Part shown: in pieces, positions 22,901 through 36,049 of the stretch
Layout: every line of letters begins with the position of its first letter
How positions within the stretch are numbered: position 1 is the first letter of the stretch
Origin: Hypomesus transpacificus
Taxonomy: Eukaryota
DNA length: 64,000 bases
Direction of reading: 5' to 3'
Assembly (NCBI RefSeq): GCF_021917145.1
Contig: NC_061076.1
Span: 12,968,768-13,032,767 of the forward strand
Made by a program: the position numbers and the translations under genes
Notes under the pieces: generated by a model
Database searches by the model: none
What the model saw: the letters and a program-made list of their open reading frames with translations, nothing else
Told to the model about the DNA's origin: nothing

Positions 22901-25400
22901 CGCAATATATGCACTACAAAAGTGTGCAGAGTACAACAGTGACCTATACGAGTCTGAGGTAAATAGGACAGTGATGAGGAACTTTTTTTTGACGACTGTT
23001 TAAGGCTAGTGGCTACTGAGCAACAAGGCATCGATTGATTTGTGATCTGCGTGTTGTATATGCGTCTGGAGGGTTTACTCTAACCAAGTGGATTTCTAAC
23101 AGTCGCAGTGTGTTGGCATCTGTCCCCGAAGAGGATAGAGCTAAGGCAGTGAAATACTTGGATCTGGAGAAAGACAGGTTGCCTATGGAAAGGGCTTTCG
23201 GAGTGAGGTGGCGTATAGAGACAGACACGTTTAGGTTCAAGGTAAAATCTACAGGAAAACCGTTGACAAGGTGAGGGATTTTGTCTATGGTCAGCTCCAT
23301 TATATGATCCCCTTGGAATTCTGTCTCCAGTTGTTCTTCTTGCAAAACAGATATTGCAAGAGCTTTGTAGAATGAGACACAATTGGGATGACAGCATTTC
23401 TGAGACTCTCAGACATCAATGGGTTGAATGGTTGGCAGACCTACAAAAACTAAACGACTTTCAGGTTAAGAGATGTATGAAGTCAATTGACATTGACATT
23501 TCGCAGATGCCAGCGAACGAGGTTATGGCACCGTGTCACACATACTTATGGAGAACAAGGAAGGTAAACAGCATTGTGTTTTGTTATGGGTAAAGCGAGA
23601 TTAAAAAAAGTTAATGTGCCACATCTTGAGCTTACTGCTGCAGCAATGGCTGCAAAAATGGACAATATGTTGAAATCTGAGTTGGACATTGAGCTTCAGG
23701 AATCTGTGTTTTGGACGGACAGTACTACAGTCCTAAAGTATCTCAACAACGAAAGTACAAGGTTTCCAACCTTTGTAGCTAACAGAGTAACTTTGATTAG
23801 AGAGCTTTCAAACATCTCACAATGGCGATATGTAAACACGTCATTGAATCCAGCCGACAGTGCCTCAAGAAGTCTGCAGATGCTTTTCTTAAATCGCCGC
23901 TGTGGTTGTCAGGTCCACCTTTTTTTAGCAGAGCCAAACTTAGAGTGGCCAGAAATACCAGTTAAGTTAAGATGTTAAGGAAACCACAGTCAACTCCTCG
24001 TCTATCGAAGGTTTTGATGACACTTCTCAGTTTGTTTCGCACTACTCAGACTGGTACAGGTTGAGAAAAGCTATAGCATGGCTTCTTAAGGTTAAGAACG
24101 TACTTAGGTTGCTGGTCGAGAAAAGAATACAGCCGTCTCAATGTGTGGGACAAAACAACATGGCGGTCTCGGATGTTGAAAGGAGTATGAAGAACGTCAA
24201 AGCTTCTTTGCCAGAGGAAAAGGCCATAATGTGTCGAACCTGATCTTAAGATCTATACATGTTGAACTTGGTCATAGTGGTCGTAACCACATGCTGTCAA
24301 GGTTGCGAGAAAGTTATTGGATTCATAGAGCTCAAGCTGCCATACGAAAGATTTTGACTCAGTGTGTGAGATGCAAGCGCTTACATGGCAGTACCAACAA
24401 ACAGCTTATGGCATACCTCCCTCGTGACAGAATAATGCCAGATGAACCCCTGTTCACAAACGTAGGTCTTGATTATTTTGGCCCATTCAAAATCAAAAGA
24501 AGAAGAACTTTGATTAGAAGGTATGGGGTCATTTTTACTTGTCTTGCATAAAGAGCTATCCATATTGAAGTGGCGAGCTCCTTAGACACAGATTCATGTA
24601 TACATGCTCTTCGCAGATTCATTGCAAGACGGGGTCAAGTTCAGGTAATTAGGTCTGATAATGGTACAAATTTTGTTGGGGCAGAAAAAGAGTTGTGAGG
24701 CTATACAGGGGTTAGACGCATGCAAGATTCAGAGCATGTTGCTTTCAAAGGGCATTCAGTGGGTTTATAATCCTCCGGCTGTGTCTCATTTTGGAGGAGT
24801 TTGGGAATGCCAGATACCTACAATAAGTAAGGTTCTCAATTCTCTTGTAAAGCAGCAATCACTGGATGAAGAAGGTTTGCAAACGCTTGTATGTGAGGTT
24901 GAGGCAATCATTAACAGTTGACCCCTTACTAAGGTGTCAAATGACCCAAATGATCTTGAGGCTCTTACGCCGAATTATTTGTTGCTATTAAAAGGCAAGC
25001 TAGTGTTTGCTCCTGGAGTTTTTGACAAATCGGATCTATATTCCAAGCGTAGGTGGCGCAAAGTAGGGAGTCAGATGGCTGAGCGGTGAGGGAGTCGGGC
25101 TAGTAAACAGAAGGTTGCCGGATCGATTCCTTGCTGTGCCAAATTACGTTGTGTCCTTGGGCAAGGCACTTCACCCTACTTGCCTCGGGGGGAATGTCCC
25201 TGTACTTACTGTAAGTCGCTCTGGATGAGAGCGTCTGCTAAATGACTAAAATGTAAATGTAATGTAAGTACAAGATATGGCTGATTTGTTTTGGAGGCGC
25301 TTGGTGAAAGAGTACTTGCCAGATCTACAAGTAAGACAAAAGTGGCAAGGCATCACAAGTAATCTTAAGCACCAAGTCACGCTAAGCCTGACAGTTAGCC
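19990..25400 (+). mobile_element. BEL/Pao-like LTR-retrotransposon internal region (gag, protease, RT, RNase H, integrase); degenerate, no LTRs identified
   Basis: Gag-like coiled-coil ORFs at 20000-21055. CCHC-like knuckle 'CYGCLVPGHLSKA' at 21122-21526. Protease 'FLDTGSSATF' at 21714-22073. RT '[28 protein letters not shown]' at 22620-23003. RNase H 'VPHLELTAAAMAAKM...VFWTDSTTVLKYL...NPADSASR' at 23574-23978. Integrase zinc-binding 'HVELGHSGRNHMLSRLRESYWIHRAQAAIRKILTQCVRCKR' at 24231-24551, core at 24661-24921, and C-terminus continuing to ~25380 across a SINE insertion. Confidence 0.7.
25065..25270 (+). mobile_element. tRNA-derived SINE inserted into the BEL/Pao integrase region
   Basis: 'gggagtcagatggctgagcggtgagggagtcgggctagtaaacagaaggttgccggatcgattcc...gtaagtcgctctggatgagagcgtctgctaaatgactaaaatgtaaatgtaa'. 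The integrase-like reading frame resumes after the SINE. Confidence 0.75.
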
Positions 25401-25883
25401 TGACCCTGACCAGACTACTTTCGCAGCCTAAGTTGCCATAGTAACCGAGTTCGAACTACGTTGAGCTTGCTTTATGGAACCAAATGAACTAGAAATGAGT
25501 CCGACTAACTGACATAAGTCTGGCTTATTCGGTAAACTCGCTGCCAGACGAGGCTGCCACTGCAGTGCTTAAATATGCTAATGCTCAGCTGACGATGGCC
25601 CTAATTATAATGTCAACAGAGCTGGGTCTGCGGCGATGAGTACCCTGAAACTCAAATCTCTCGCTAGTTACCATAAACAGTTTGACATGATCATGTCAGG
25701 TAATGTGGGACTGCATTTTTCAGGTAAAGTGGAACATCTGTGTTTATGCTACAAAAGTAATTTAATTCGACAGTTCTCAAATGTTTAATACCAATGCATC
25801 TTAATTTACTGCACTTAATTTCCCAACTAAATAACAACTTACACTGTCATGGAACCAGCGCTCTCAGACTTGTAAGCGTGACC

Positions 25884-26705
25884 AGAGCCTGTTTAAGGAG
25901 AGCCTGCCCACTCCCTATTAAGCCCCATTGTACCGAATTTTGTTGCAGTTCCACAAGAGTTCCACTGGGAGTGATTGCGGTCGAGTGCAAAATGAATGGG
26001 AGTCTATGGAGCTAAACGGCTAAATTTGTCTCTTTCGCCTGGTTGTCGTTAATAAATCTCAGATTTGATTGTAGTTTTTGCATGTTCAACATGGATTACA
26101 GGTCAAAAGTTGAATGAACGAGTACTTGTGTCCTTTCTATTTCTTACAGGGTCAGTCGTTGTTGCCCATAACACGCTAGCATTCTGCTAACGAATGCTGA
26201 TTGTTTAGTGAAGGGCTGACTACGACCAGAGATCCCGCTTGATGGCATCCGAAGCAGAACCAGAATGTCAGAGCATTAGCAACATTAGCAACAACATTAG
26301 CAAGCCAAAACTCTTTCTAGCGTGTATTGACTAACCTGTCAGCTGTATTGTCGATGCCTCGAGAGAAAAGTGGAAGTAACCAGAGCTTGCCGTCAAGCAG
26401 TAGCTCTGGTCATACAATGTGTATGACGTCAATTACATTTTCAAAGGCTTTTTAGAACGGAAAGGCGACATATCTAACACCCAGCGGTGTGTAATTTTTT
26501 GCCTCCCCTTTTGAATTCAGAATTAAAATTACTAGACAAAAAATGATATCCTGAGAAAATTGGATTTTGAGGGTTACCGCTCCATAGACCTCCATTCATT
26601 CTGCATTCGACCGTTAGCGCCTTCATATGGAACTTGAGTGGAACTGCAACCAGTTCAGAACCCGGAAGTTTCCCGAGAGTGGGAGTTCTCCCTTTATTAG
26701 ACATT
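25884..26705 (+). mobile_element. MITE family C, copy 2
   Basis: Over 90% identical to 10921-11766 along its whole length. Confidence 0.7.
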
Positions 26706-27777
26706 CTCTGGCGTGACCACTAACGCTAGTCCAAAGAAATGCTAACGCAGCAGGACTAGCTAGCTAGCACAGACTGCAGATCACTAAGGTTTACATCAGT
26801 TACACTTAATGCCTATTGAACAAGTCAAACCCCACAACTAAATGAATCTTGCCACACCCTTGCACCTAGCATTGTTGTATATAAACTAATTATTATTATA
26901 TTAGCATTTAGCAGACTATAGGTTGACAGACAATGACTGTCCCACTTTCTCAGACAAGCTGTCCCACATTACCTGAAAATGCTGCCTGAGTGAGAGAGGG
27001 GATCATGTTATGTTTGAAATTGTGTAGCTTTTATAATATTGTGTACTCCCATTTCATTCCAACATGAAAATGTTCCTAAGCCCTAAAACGATTTACAAAA
27101 ACACCACTGGGGCGAGTTAAGAGTTATTTTGTAAGTCTACTGGAGCCTATACCAAAAAGTGTCCCACATTACCTGAAATCACCCTACGTAAAATTGAAAG
27201 CTAATTCGTTTGGAATTTCTAGGCTATACTTGATGTTATGTTGATGTTCAGCCTACTCAATTGAACAACTTCAGAAGGACAAGACAGGCACCATGTTATC
27301 CTTATTTATGTGGCTTGTCACTGCCTGAAGTGCCTACATATCTATCTATTCTTCTTATGAACCCGGTTGAACTTTAAACAAGTACCGGTTGGCTACACAC
27401 CTCATGCCGGGCTTATACAGATGTGTGTATTGGTACTTTGAAAGGTTTGAATTATTATATCCACATATCAACGTGTAATTATTAAATCCACTGCAACAAT
27501 AGGACAAAGGAACACCAACAAAATGTTAATAGCCTACAAACAGTAAGCATACTACTGTAGTATAACTGTAACAGGCTAGTGGCAATTCTAGAGGCGATTC
27601 TAGGTTTTAAAACTGGTCGTAGCACTCTCTATCTAACCACTCGTTCAGGTGCTTTCTCGAGTGTTTGAAACCAATTACCGCACACGTTGTTCTCGAACCA
27701 CTTTTCTTCATGTTGTACATTTTATATATCCTCTTTGTCACTGCGATATCAGTGCTTTGTCAGCACAAGGGAGCTAG

Positions 27778-28230
27778 CTAGCAAGACAAACCCAAAACAC
27801 TGAACCTCTGGTCTTTAGTTAGCATGTGGTGCAATATTTTCTGTCTCACTTTCTTTGCTGTGTGATCAATTATACCTTTTGCACTAAATCTGGAATGGAG
27901 AGTGGTGCCCATGTTAAGACAATTTTCTTGCTGGAGCACCACCAGATCCTGATAGTCTGTGTATGGCCTGTTGTTCTTTGCTAGGATGTATGCTGTTTGA
28001 AACAGTGAGGCTGTCTTCTCTGCTTCATCCTCCACCTGTTTTTGTGAGGTAACATCAATTGTGTTTTTTGTTTTCACTGTATTTTCTGCTCCATTGGTGA
28101 TTGCCATTGCGGCTGTACAAAACTTTAGTCTGCAACCATTCGTGTGAGAGAGACATGCCCGTCTCTTTAAACACTCAAAGGGATTTGACAGTTTGGCACG
28201 TACGACACCCAAGAAAATCACCTTTGACAA
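27778..28230 (-). pseudogene. hAT-superfamily transposase-like fragment (Charlie/ZBED-like)
   Basis: The 150-aa ORF contains '...ASLFQTAYILAKNNRPYTDYQDLVVLQQ...', resembling the conserved region of domesticated hAT transposases. This call rests on motif memory only. Confidence 0.35.
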
Positions 28231-28289
28231 CTAGCCAAGGGTTAGCTTTTTAAAACTGACTGTGTTGCTTTTCTGTCCAAATGTGTGGG

Positions 28290-28510
28290 TGGCATCTGCT
28301 CGCTGTCTCTCCTCTCTCTGTTCCTTCATCCTCAGCTTCTCCTCTTTCTGTCTCTCCTCTCTCTGTTCATTCATCCTCAGCTTCTCCTCTCTCTGTCTCT
28401 CCTCTCTCTGTTCCTTCATCCTCAGCCTGTCTTCTCTCGGTCTCTCCTTCTCTGTTCCTTCATCCTCAGCTTCTCCTCTCTCGGTCTCTCCTCTCTCTAT
28501 CTCCCTCCTC
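28290..28510. repeat. 60-bp tandem repeat (about 3.7 copies)
   Basis: 'ctcctctctctgttccttcatcctcagcttctcctctttctgtctc' units. They generate the repetitive ORFs 28231-28533 (-, RMKEQREERQ.EEKL) and 28262-28555 (+). Confidence 0.8.
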
Positions 28511-28954
28511 TCTATATCCCCTAAGATAACCATTTTGACACAGCAAGCTATGTAAGGGGGATGAGTTCATTACTGTATCGGTCCTTTCAGGGCAAAGGAA
28601 GACCCGTCCACTTTGCCTCGGGGTGCTGTTTGCCATGTCGGGTCTTATTTTCCCGATAACCGGCATTCTTTTCATTATCCCGCCTATTACACGGCTACTT
28701 GCCAAAACGAAAAAATTATTTAACACAGTATGTCTTTTACAAATTATTTGTTACCATTCGTAGTGTTGATCAGCAGAGAAATAGTTTGCCAAAGACTTTG
28801 AACTTCAGATCAGCTGACGTCGCTAAGCAACGGAATACGCTGTGGTTGAAAAGTTAGCAGACTACTTGTGGAGTGCTACGAAAGACGTGAATCCGAGGCA
28901 AAAAGGCCACTTCCCTTGACAGCGGTCAATTATGCATAGCAACGGTCAAATATA

Positions 28955-29100
28955 GAAAAATAGTTGACCACATTGGAAGCTCCATTCAAGTGAATGGATA
29001 AACGCTATTTAGAGGTGGATAAACGCCATTTAGAGGTGGATAAAAGCAATTTCGGCAATATTGAGGTGGATAAACGCTATTTCTGATTTTTGGGAGGTGC
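28955..29100. repeat. ~21-bp tandem repeat 'gaggtggataaacgc.atttag'
   Basis: About 5 degenerate units. Confidence 0.7.
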
Positions 29101-29467
29101 GTAAACGGCATTTACGTGCGTTTAGCCCCAACTACATCCCTGAATGTAATGCATTGCAGATGCGCACACCGCAAGATGGGTATCTCGGTCAGCAGGGAGC
29201 TGAAGAAGAGCGGATACTGACGTCACTGCTGCGCCGCTCAGATTGCTTTTTCGTTTTCAAATTATGGGCAGTACCAGAGAATGGCTGTTTATCAATCCGA
29301 AGAACGCTGAGAACGCAAGTACAATCTTTTGGTCTTGCAAGTCCACAAGGACTTCTGGGAAATCAGAAGCGTTCTCACTGGCCAAGTCACCATTCGATGC
29401 ATCCTCGATAAAAGGGGTGGATCAGGAACATTTCCGGGTATTTTTGGCGTTCTTGGTGACTTGTGTC

Positions 29468-30290
29468 AGAGCCTGTTTAAGGAGAGCCTTGCCACTCCCT
29501 ATTAAGCCCCATTGTACCGAATTTGGCTGCAGTTCCACCAGAGTTCCACTGGGATTGATCGCGAGCGAGTGCATGTTGAATGGGAGTCTATGGAGCTAAA
29601 CAGCTCAATTTGTCTCTTTCGTCTGGTTGTCGTTGAGAAATCTTCGATTTGATTGTAGTTTTTGCATGTTCAACATGGATTATAGGTCGAAAGTTGAATG
29701 AACTAGTACTTATGTCCTTTTGATTTCTTATAGGGTGAGTCGTTGTTGCCCATAACACGCTAGCATTCTGTTAATGAATGCTGATTGGTTGGTGAAGGAC
29801 CGATACGACCAGAGCTCCCGCTTGATGGCATCCGAAGCGGAATCAGAATGTCAGAGCATTAGCAACATAAGCAACAACATTAGCAATCCAAAAATCTTTC
29901 TAACTTGTGGATGTGACAGGGAGAACCTGTCAGCTGTGTTGTCGATGCCCTGAGAGAAAAAAGTAAGTGACCAGAGCTTGCCGTAAAGCAGTAGCTCTGG
30001 TCGTACGATGTGTATGACTTCAATGACATTTTCAAAGGCTTTTTAGAACAGACAGGCGACTTTAAAACAATCTAACAGCCAGCAGTGTGTATTTTTTTTT
30101 ACCTCCCCTTTTGAATTCAGAATTCAAATTACTAGTCTCATTTTATCCTAAGAAAAGTGGATTTTGAGGGGTACTGCTCCATAGACCTCCATTCATTCTG
30201 CACTCGCTTGTTAGCGCCCTCACATGGAACTTCAATCTGTTCAGAACCTGGAAGTTTCCCGAGAGTGGCAGTTCTCTCTATACTAGACAT
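29468..30290 (+). mobile_element. MITE family C, copy 3
   Basis: Homologous to 10921-11766. The upstream flank 29270-29465 is also shared with 11760-11880 and 12280-12360, indicating a rearranged composite repeat. Confidence 0.65.
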
Positions 30291-30833
30291 TCTCTGCTTG
30301 CAAAGGACAGCTGACAGGTGATGATCCCGGTCTGCAATTTAACTAGCAAACCATCAGCCCGCGCCCACTGAATCAGTCAAGTTCTTATTATGTCTGCATT
30401 AGTTTTTTTCTTTAGTCCCTTAGTGCCGATTCAAATTATAATCCATCAACACAGCGACCTTAGCGAACTAAGGACACAGCTTTGACTTTGACCTCAGTAA
30501 ACAGATACTTAGAAGTCCATGTCTTGTTAAAAACTCTACATTCTGTATCAACCTTTCGTCTTTCATTTTCGAGGGCTAACCAACAGCTAACTCTCCTGTC
30601 GGTGAGGTTGCGCAAGCCACATCTGTAAATCGCCTGATCACTAGTCTTTCAGGACTACATATTTACTAGCTCTCAGCACATTAATTATTTTTAATTTTTG
30701 ATTTACCTCACGCGGGCCGGGTTGGGACAGCCTGTTGGCCGGTTGTGGCCCGCGGGCCGTACAATGTTCAGGTCTGCCATAACTGATTCTCTGGTGCTCA
30801 GGTCGTAATTTCAATTACACTGCACTGAGCAGT

Positions 30834-31235
30834 TAGCCTGATGTTGTCATACTCATAATTCTAGTCAGAATATGAGTCTGAAAACTCTCCGTTGGGCTGT
30901 GACTATGGGGCGTGTGTCAACCTAGCTCGTAAAACAAATGCCTCTTTGCTCAATTGGATAGACCTACAACGAATCAGAGCAACGTAATATGTTGTTTGTT
31001 GAAAACGAATTCAACCCAAGCGCTCTTTGGTGACGTTGTTGATTACGATACTGTTGATCGTCTGTCCATCATCGTATAAAGCCCGCCCTGACAATTTAAT
31101 TGGTCCGCCCTGACAATTTAATTGGTCCGCCCAGATCCTGGTTTTCTGTAGTTGTCCCCAATACGAGACCCTACAGACCCAACTTTCCGACCAAATTTTT
31201 TGTGGGCGGGACGAAGTTGGGCTGGCAGCCAGGCT
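30834..31235 (+). mobile_element. MITE family B, copy 2, with a perfect 9-bp TSD 'ctgagcagt'
   Basis: TSD at 30825-30833 and 31236-31244. About 90% identical to 9651-10032. Confidence 0.7.
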
Positions 31236-31412
31236 ACTGAGCAGTGTAGGCCTACAGGAATATCTGGACCACAGCCAATCAAACACAAAGACCCGCCCCA
31301 TCTCTGATTATTTTAGACCACGATATGATCCAACCATGAGTGTGAGTTCCGTCAAAGAAGAAACAAACGCTTCGTTCCTGGAAAGGTAGCGGATGCGAGG
31401 TTAGGTGCACCG

Positions 31413-32445
31413 TTGCGACCTAGGAACATTTTTTGTCGCACCCTTTCAAATTTTGGTCGCACTCTAGAGCCCTGTAAATGCTTTTTTTTTTTACTGAAAC
31501 GTTGGTTTGATAATGGCATTGTATTGGTAGATCAGTTATTTAATGAAGATGGTTTACTTTACACTTATGAAGAGTTTCTGGCACATTATAAGATTCCTGT
31601 AACACCAGGGGACTATGCTACAGTTTTTGGTGCAATATCTTCGAAAGTTTGTATGCTGTTTAGACAGGGGAAAATAATAGACATTCAACACTGGTCCCCA
31701 CCTACTATAGTTAACTCTTATGTAGGTCATATTTGTTTCTCTTTTAACTCACGTAATAAATTTATAAGAGAGTTACTTAAAGGGACTCTGTATCTTTGCC
31801 TTATATTTATTCGTATTGGAATCGTTTAACAAACAATATTATTTGGAAACATTTTACACTAAAGATTTACCCAGTGAAACATTATTTTCTTAAATTTAAA
31901 AGTGACATTGATTATAGATGTACCTTTTGTGACAGTCACCCTGAAACTGTGGTTCATTTGTTTTGGCACTGCCCGTTTCTGAAAACATTTTGGCAGAATG
32001 TTTGTGATTTTATTTCAGTAAATATTGATGACCAATTTCTTTTGACGTGGAAACACTTAGTATTCTGTCTTTTAGAAGACTGTAGAGACAATCGTGATCA
32101 GGTTTATTTGATAAATGTTATTATATTAATGGCAAAATTCTATATTCACAAATGTAAGTTTTCATGTAAAAAGCCTTGTTTTAAGACAGAAATTGAGCAT
32201 TATTTTGTTTCAATAAGATTCTCAATGAAGCAAAAAGCTGTGATAACCATGAGGACCTGTAAACTTTTCAATATATTTTTTTAAAATTCTACATCAAGCA
32301 CCCCCTAGTGTACGTTTGTTGTCATACCTCTGTAATATGTGTATTCGAAGATATGTAATAATTGTGTTAATAATAATAAATACAGAAATAAAAATAATAA
32401 TAAAAAACACTATACCATAAAAAAACAAAAACAAAAAGCAAGCTC
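31413..32445 (+). mobile_element. LINE (L1/Tx1-like) ORF2 C-terminal fragment with an A-rich 3' tail
   Basis: ORFs 31413-31829 and 31796-32284 end with the zinc-knuckle 'CTFCDSHPETVVHLFWHCPFLKTFW' typical of non-LTR ORF2 C-termini. The A-rich tail is at 32370-32445. Confidence 0.6.
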
Positions 32446-32913
32446 TGGTTACTTCCACTTTTCTCTCGAGGCATCGACAACACAGCTGACAGGTTAGGCT
32501 CTTCCTATCACATGCTAGAAAGAGGTTTGGCTTGCTAATGTTGTTGCTAATGTTGCTAATGCTCTGACATTCTGGTTCTGCTTCGGATGCCATCAAGCGG
32601 GATCTCTGGTCGTAGTCAGTCCTTCACTAACCAATCAGCATTCGTTAGCAGAATGCTAGCGTGTTATGGGCAACAACGACTTACCCTGTGAGAAATCGAA
32701 AGGACATAAGTACTCGTTCATTCAACGTTTGACCTGTAATCCATGTTGAACATGCAAAAACTACAGTCAAATCTGAGATTTATCAACGACAATCAGGCGA
32801 AAGAGACACATTTAGTCGTTTAGCTCTATTGACTCCCATTCATTTTGCACTCGACCGCGATCACTCCCAGTGGAACTCTGGTGGAACTGCAACAGAATTC
32901 GGTACAATGGGGC
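32439..32913 (-). mobile_element. MITE family C, 5'-half copy, truncated by the adjacent LINE fragment
   Basis: Reverse complement of copy 1 from ~10921 to ~11450. It directly abuts the A-rich LINE tail at 32370-32440. Confidence 0.6.
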
Positions 32914-33809
32914 TTGGAGCAAGCCCCCATCCCTCGCCCCTCGGCTTGAAGCAACGGCCCCGGTGGATGTAGGTGGTATTGCATGTACGTTTAGGTTTCC
33001 GACTCTTCCGGTCGTTTTTATTCTATTAACTCCATTCAACATTTACAAAACCATCTCCCCCAATAATTTTTGTTTGATTCTCGAACCTGGATCATAGTAC
33101 TAGTTTTTTCATAGAATAATTTTTCCAGATTTTTGCTAAATTTGAAACCAATCCGAAACGGGGTAAACTAGCAACCCATTTATTTGCTTAGTCAATGAAA
33201 GTTGCCTGCAAATGTGCTCGCGAATACTAACAGGGCACAAGCACAAAAGTTCACATTGGCCGATAGCCGATTGATGAGCTCTCGGAGCTAGGGAAAAAAA
33301 GAGCCACTGTTTAAAGCTAGACAGGAAGACACGGAAGTGGAAAGATGGCCACGTCCAGTCTCGCGCTCTCGCTTGCCTCACTGCGCCACTGAGCACTTTT
33401 CATAGAAATGAATGGGGACGCCATCTTGGAAGACAAAAGTAGCTTACTCTAGTTATATTAACTCTATGTCTTGGAGTGGCAAGGCTCTCCTTAAACAGGA
33501 TCTAGCAGTAGCCTACTTTGCTTGCAGACCACGAAAAAGCAATGTCCGCTCTGTTTTCTCTTTGATTATGGCATAAAATATGTAGTCTTGAAGAAGAAAA
33601 TGCAAATGAAAATAGAATGATTGATTACTAATTTTATTTATGAGTCCAACAATGCACCCACATTCTTAAAATGAAAAAGCATTTCTGCAAATGCATTTTA
33701 ATTGTCTAATTTTACATTTCAAATTGAATTTTGGTATCTATTTGCTGGGGCGTTTTCTGAAAATTAAATCTCAAATGCCTATTTATTTTTCATTTCAATT
33801 AAGTGGGAG

Positions 33810-34012
33810 TCAGGTGGCTGAGCGGTGAGGGAGTCGGGCTAGTAATCTAAAGGTCGCCAGTTCGATTCCTGGCCACACCATGACGTTGTGTCCTTGGGCA
33901 AGGCACTTCACCCTACTTGCCTCGGGGGGAATGTCCCTGTACTTACTGTAAGTCGCTCTGGATAAGAGCGTCTGCTAAATGACTAAATGTAAATGTAAGT
34001 GAAAGATTGAGC
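33810..34012 (+). mobile_element. tRNA-derived SINE
   Basis: Same family as 25065 and 44540. It is flanked by a ~125-bp direct duplication (33560-33720 and 34015-34140). Confidence 0.75.
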
Positions 34013-34155
34013 ACTCTTGAAGAAGAAAATTAAAATGCAAATAGGATGATTGATTACTAATTTAATTTATGAGTCAAATAATGCAGCCACATTCTTAAAA
34101 TGAAAAAGCATTTCTGCAAATGCATGTAAATTTTGGTAAAAAAAAAAATCCATAG

Positions 34156-34163
<8 letters not shown>

Positions 34164-34187
<24 letters not shown>

Positions 34188-34193
34188 TCACAA
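34164..34193. repeat. Poly(C) homopolymer of ~30 nt
   Basis: Direct reading of the sequence. Confidence 0.95.
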
Positions 34194-34261
34194 ACTCAAA
34201 TTTGGTCACTCTATATGAACAGCACGCAAAATAGGACTTTGACGTATGTATGGCACACGAA

Positions 34262-35690
34262 ATACAAGTGTACACCCAGGGCCGTAACTACCATTGAGGA
34301 CACCGAGGTCGTGTCCTCGGTATTTTTTTTCGTATTTCTGTTTTTTTTTTTTGCTTAAATCGTGGTATATAAACTCAAAATAAAGTACACGTGAAACTGA
34401 CTGCAGGACGATGATCTTGGTATCCCACAAACCGTAACGTGATTTTATACTTGAAGAGCCGAGTAGCTCAAGAGTTTGGACATATGTGCTGCGCGTCATC
34501 AACAAAACGTACTGTCGTTATGGTAACCACCAAACACAAGTCGGACGCTGATGTTACCGCCATAGACATACCGCTACTGTTAGTGAATAGCCTATGTTAG
34601 TTACAGTCACTGGAAGAGGAGCGCAGCAAACTAAACATGTAGGTTAAGAGAAGTTTAAGTGGCAGATGGCTGTGAGAAGAAAGATTCATTTTCATGTGGA
34701 AATATTGTATTGCAGCAGCGTACTACTCAGATAAGGAAACATCAAATCAAAGTTTGGTTAACTCCGTCAGTACCGGTTGTCAATCAATTTCCACCGGTTG
34801 AATCAACATTCATTTTGCGATTGATATGATATGTCATTGATGTGATTGATTGAAAATGAAATTCAGTGGCAATTGGGAAATATCAAACTGACTCGCTATC
34901 GCTCGGTCGATACGTTCCAGCCTCAGTTTGATATTTCCCGGCATGACCGAACGGTCGAGGTTAGTAAGTAGTTTATTATATGGCAATTTTAGATTCTTTT
35001 CATTTTGTAAACGAAAATAAATGGTACCTTTAGGCTAATTGTAGCTAGCTCTTAAGTCTTCTCACGGTGTGTTTCATGTGTTGCCAAGCAACTCATTACT
35101 TTTGATAGAAAGCGGACAACATGGTTCTGCTAAAATGGCTTTAATTTCATCACAAAATAACGACACAAGTGATTCAAAGAGTCTGGTCTTCATCCTCACT
35201 TTCGATGACAAAGCTTTTCAGCATCATCTGGATAGTAAAACTCAGCAGCTGACTCGTCGATATCGCTCATTTTGAAGCTGACGTCAGAGGGCAATACGGA
35301 TCCGTATTGACCGGCGAGGAGGGCAACACGCTGGGGTGACTACCCGTTATCCAATCAAAACGCTCGTACCGTCGTTGCCATATAATAATAATTTAAAAAA
35401 AATTATGGTAACTTGCCCTTACTTCATGAGTCCCATAAAGGTCCTTCAAAAAGCCTCAGAATGCCCCATGTTTACCTCAAAATTTCAAAAGCTCCACACC
35501 GCCCCATATTCAAATGTCATAATGATGATGTTTTTGCTCCTTAAGACTCAATAAGAGAAAATGGCCATATTTAAATAATGTAATTTAAAAAAATTCCGGG
35601 GGAGCATGCCCCCGAACCCGCCTAGAAGTTCTGACTCATGACCTCAGTATTTTTTGGGGCCTGCGTACGGCCCTGTGTACACCTGTCTCA
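34262..35690. mobile_element. Putative TIR element (~1.4 kb) with termini 'gtgtacacccagggccgta...tacggccctgtgtacac'
   Basis: An inverted terminal match of ~20 bp. No coding capacity was recognised inside. Confidence 0.35.
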
Positions 35691-36049
35691 TAGATACGCA
35701 GAAGTATGAGACTGGTTACAACTGACATTTCGAGACCCAAAGAATGGCCACACGGGTACGCCGTAGACCCGGTCAGCAATTCCAAGTCTTTATCCTGGTC
35801 TATTGGGGCTAGCTGAGGAGACCGGAGACACATTCCGATTTTATCGCGAGAAAAAATGGGAACGAAGGACTAGGACAGGAGGCAGCAATATTCATATTTC
35901 AGGAACAACAACAACCGTTATAAAATGATGATTATAATGTAACTAAATGATAATCCAGTTATAACGCAATCGATGGATTGAAAATACTGGATTCTGAAAT
36001 ACAGGTAAAACATTCAAAATTACACATTGTCAATGCAACATTGCCAGTA

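Noticed and set aside
30700-30770. GC-rich palindrome 'ggcccgcgggcc' within 'cgcgggccgggttgggacagcctgttggccggttgtggcccgcgggccg'
   Set aside because: It is a short isolated hairpin with no further context. It could be part of an unrecognised repeat, but there is insufficient evidence for a call.
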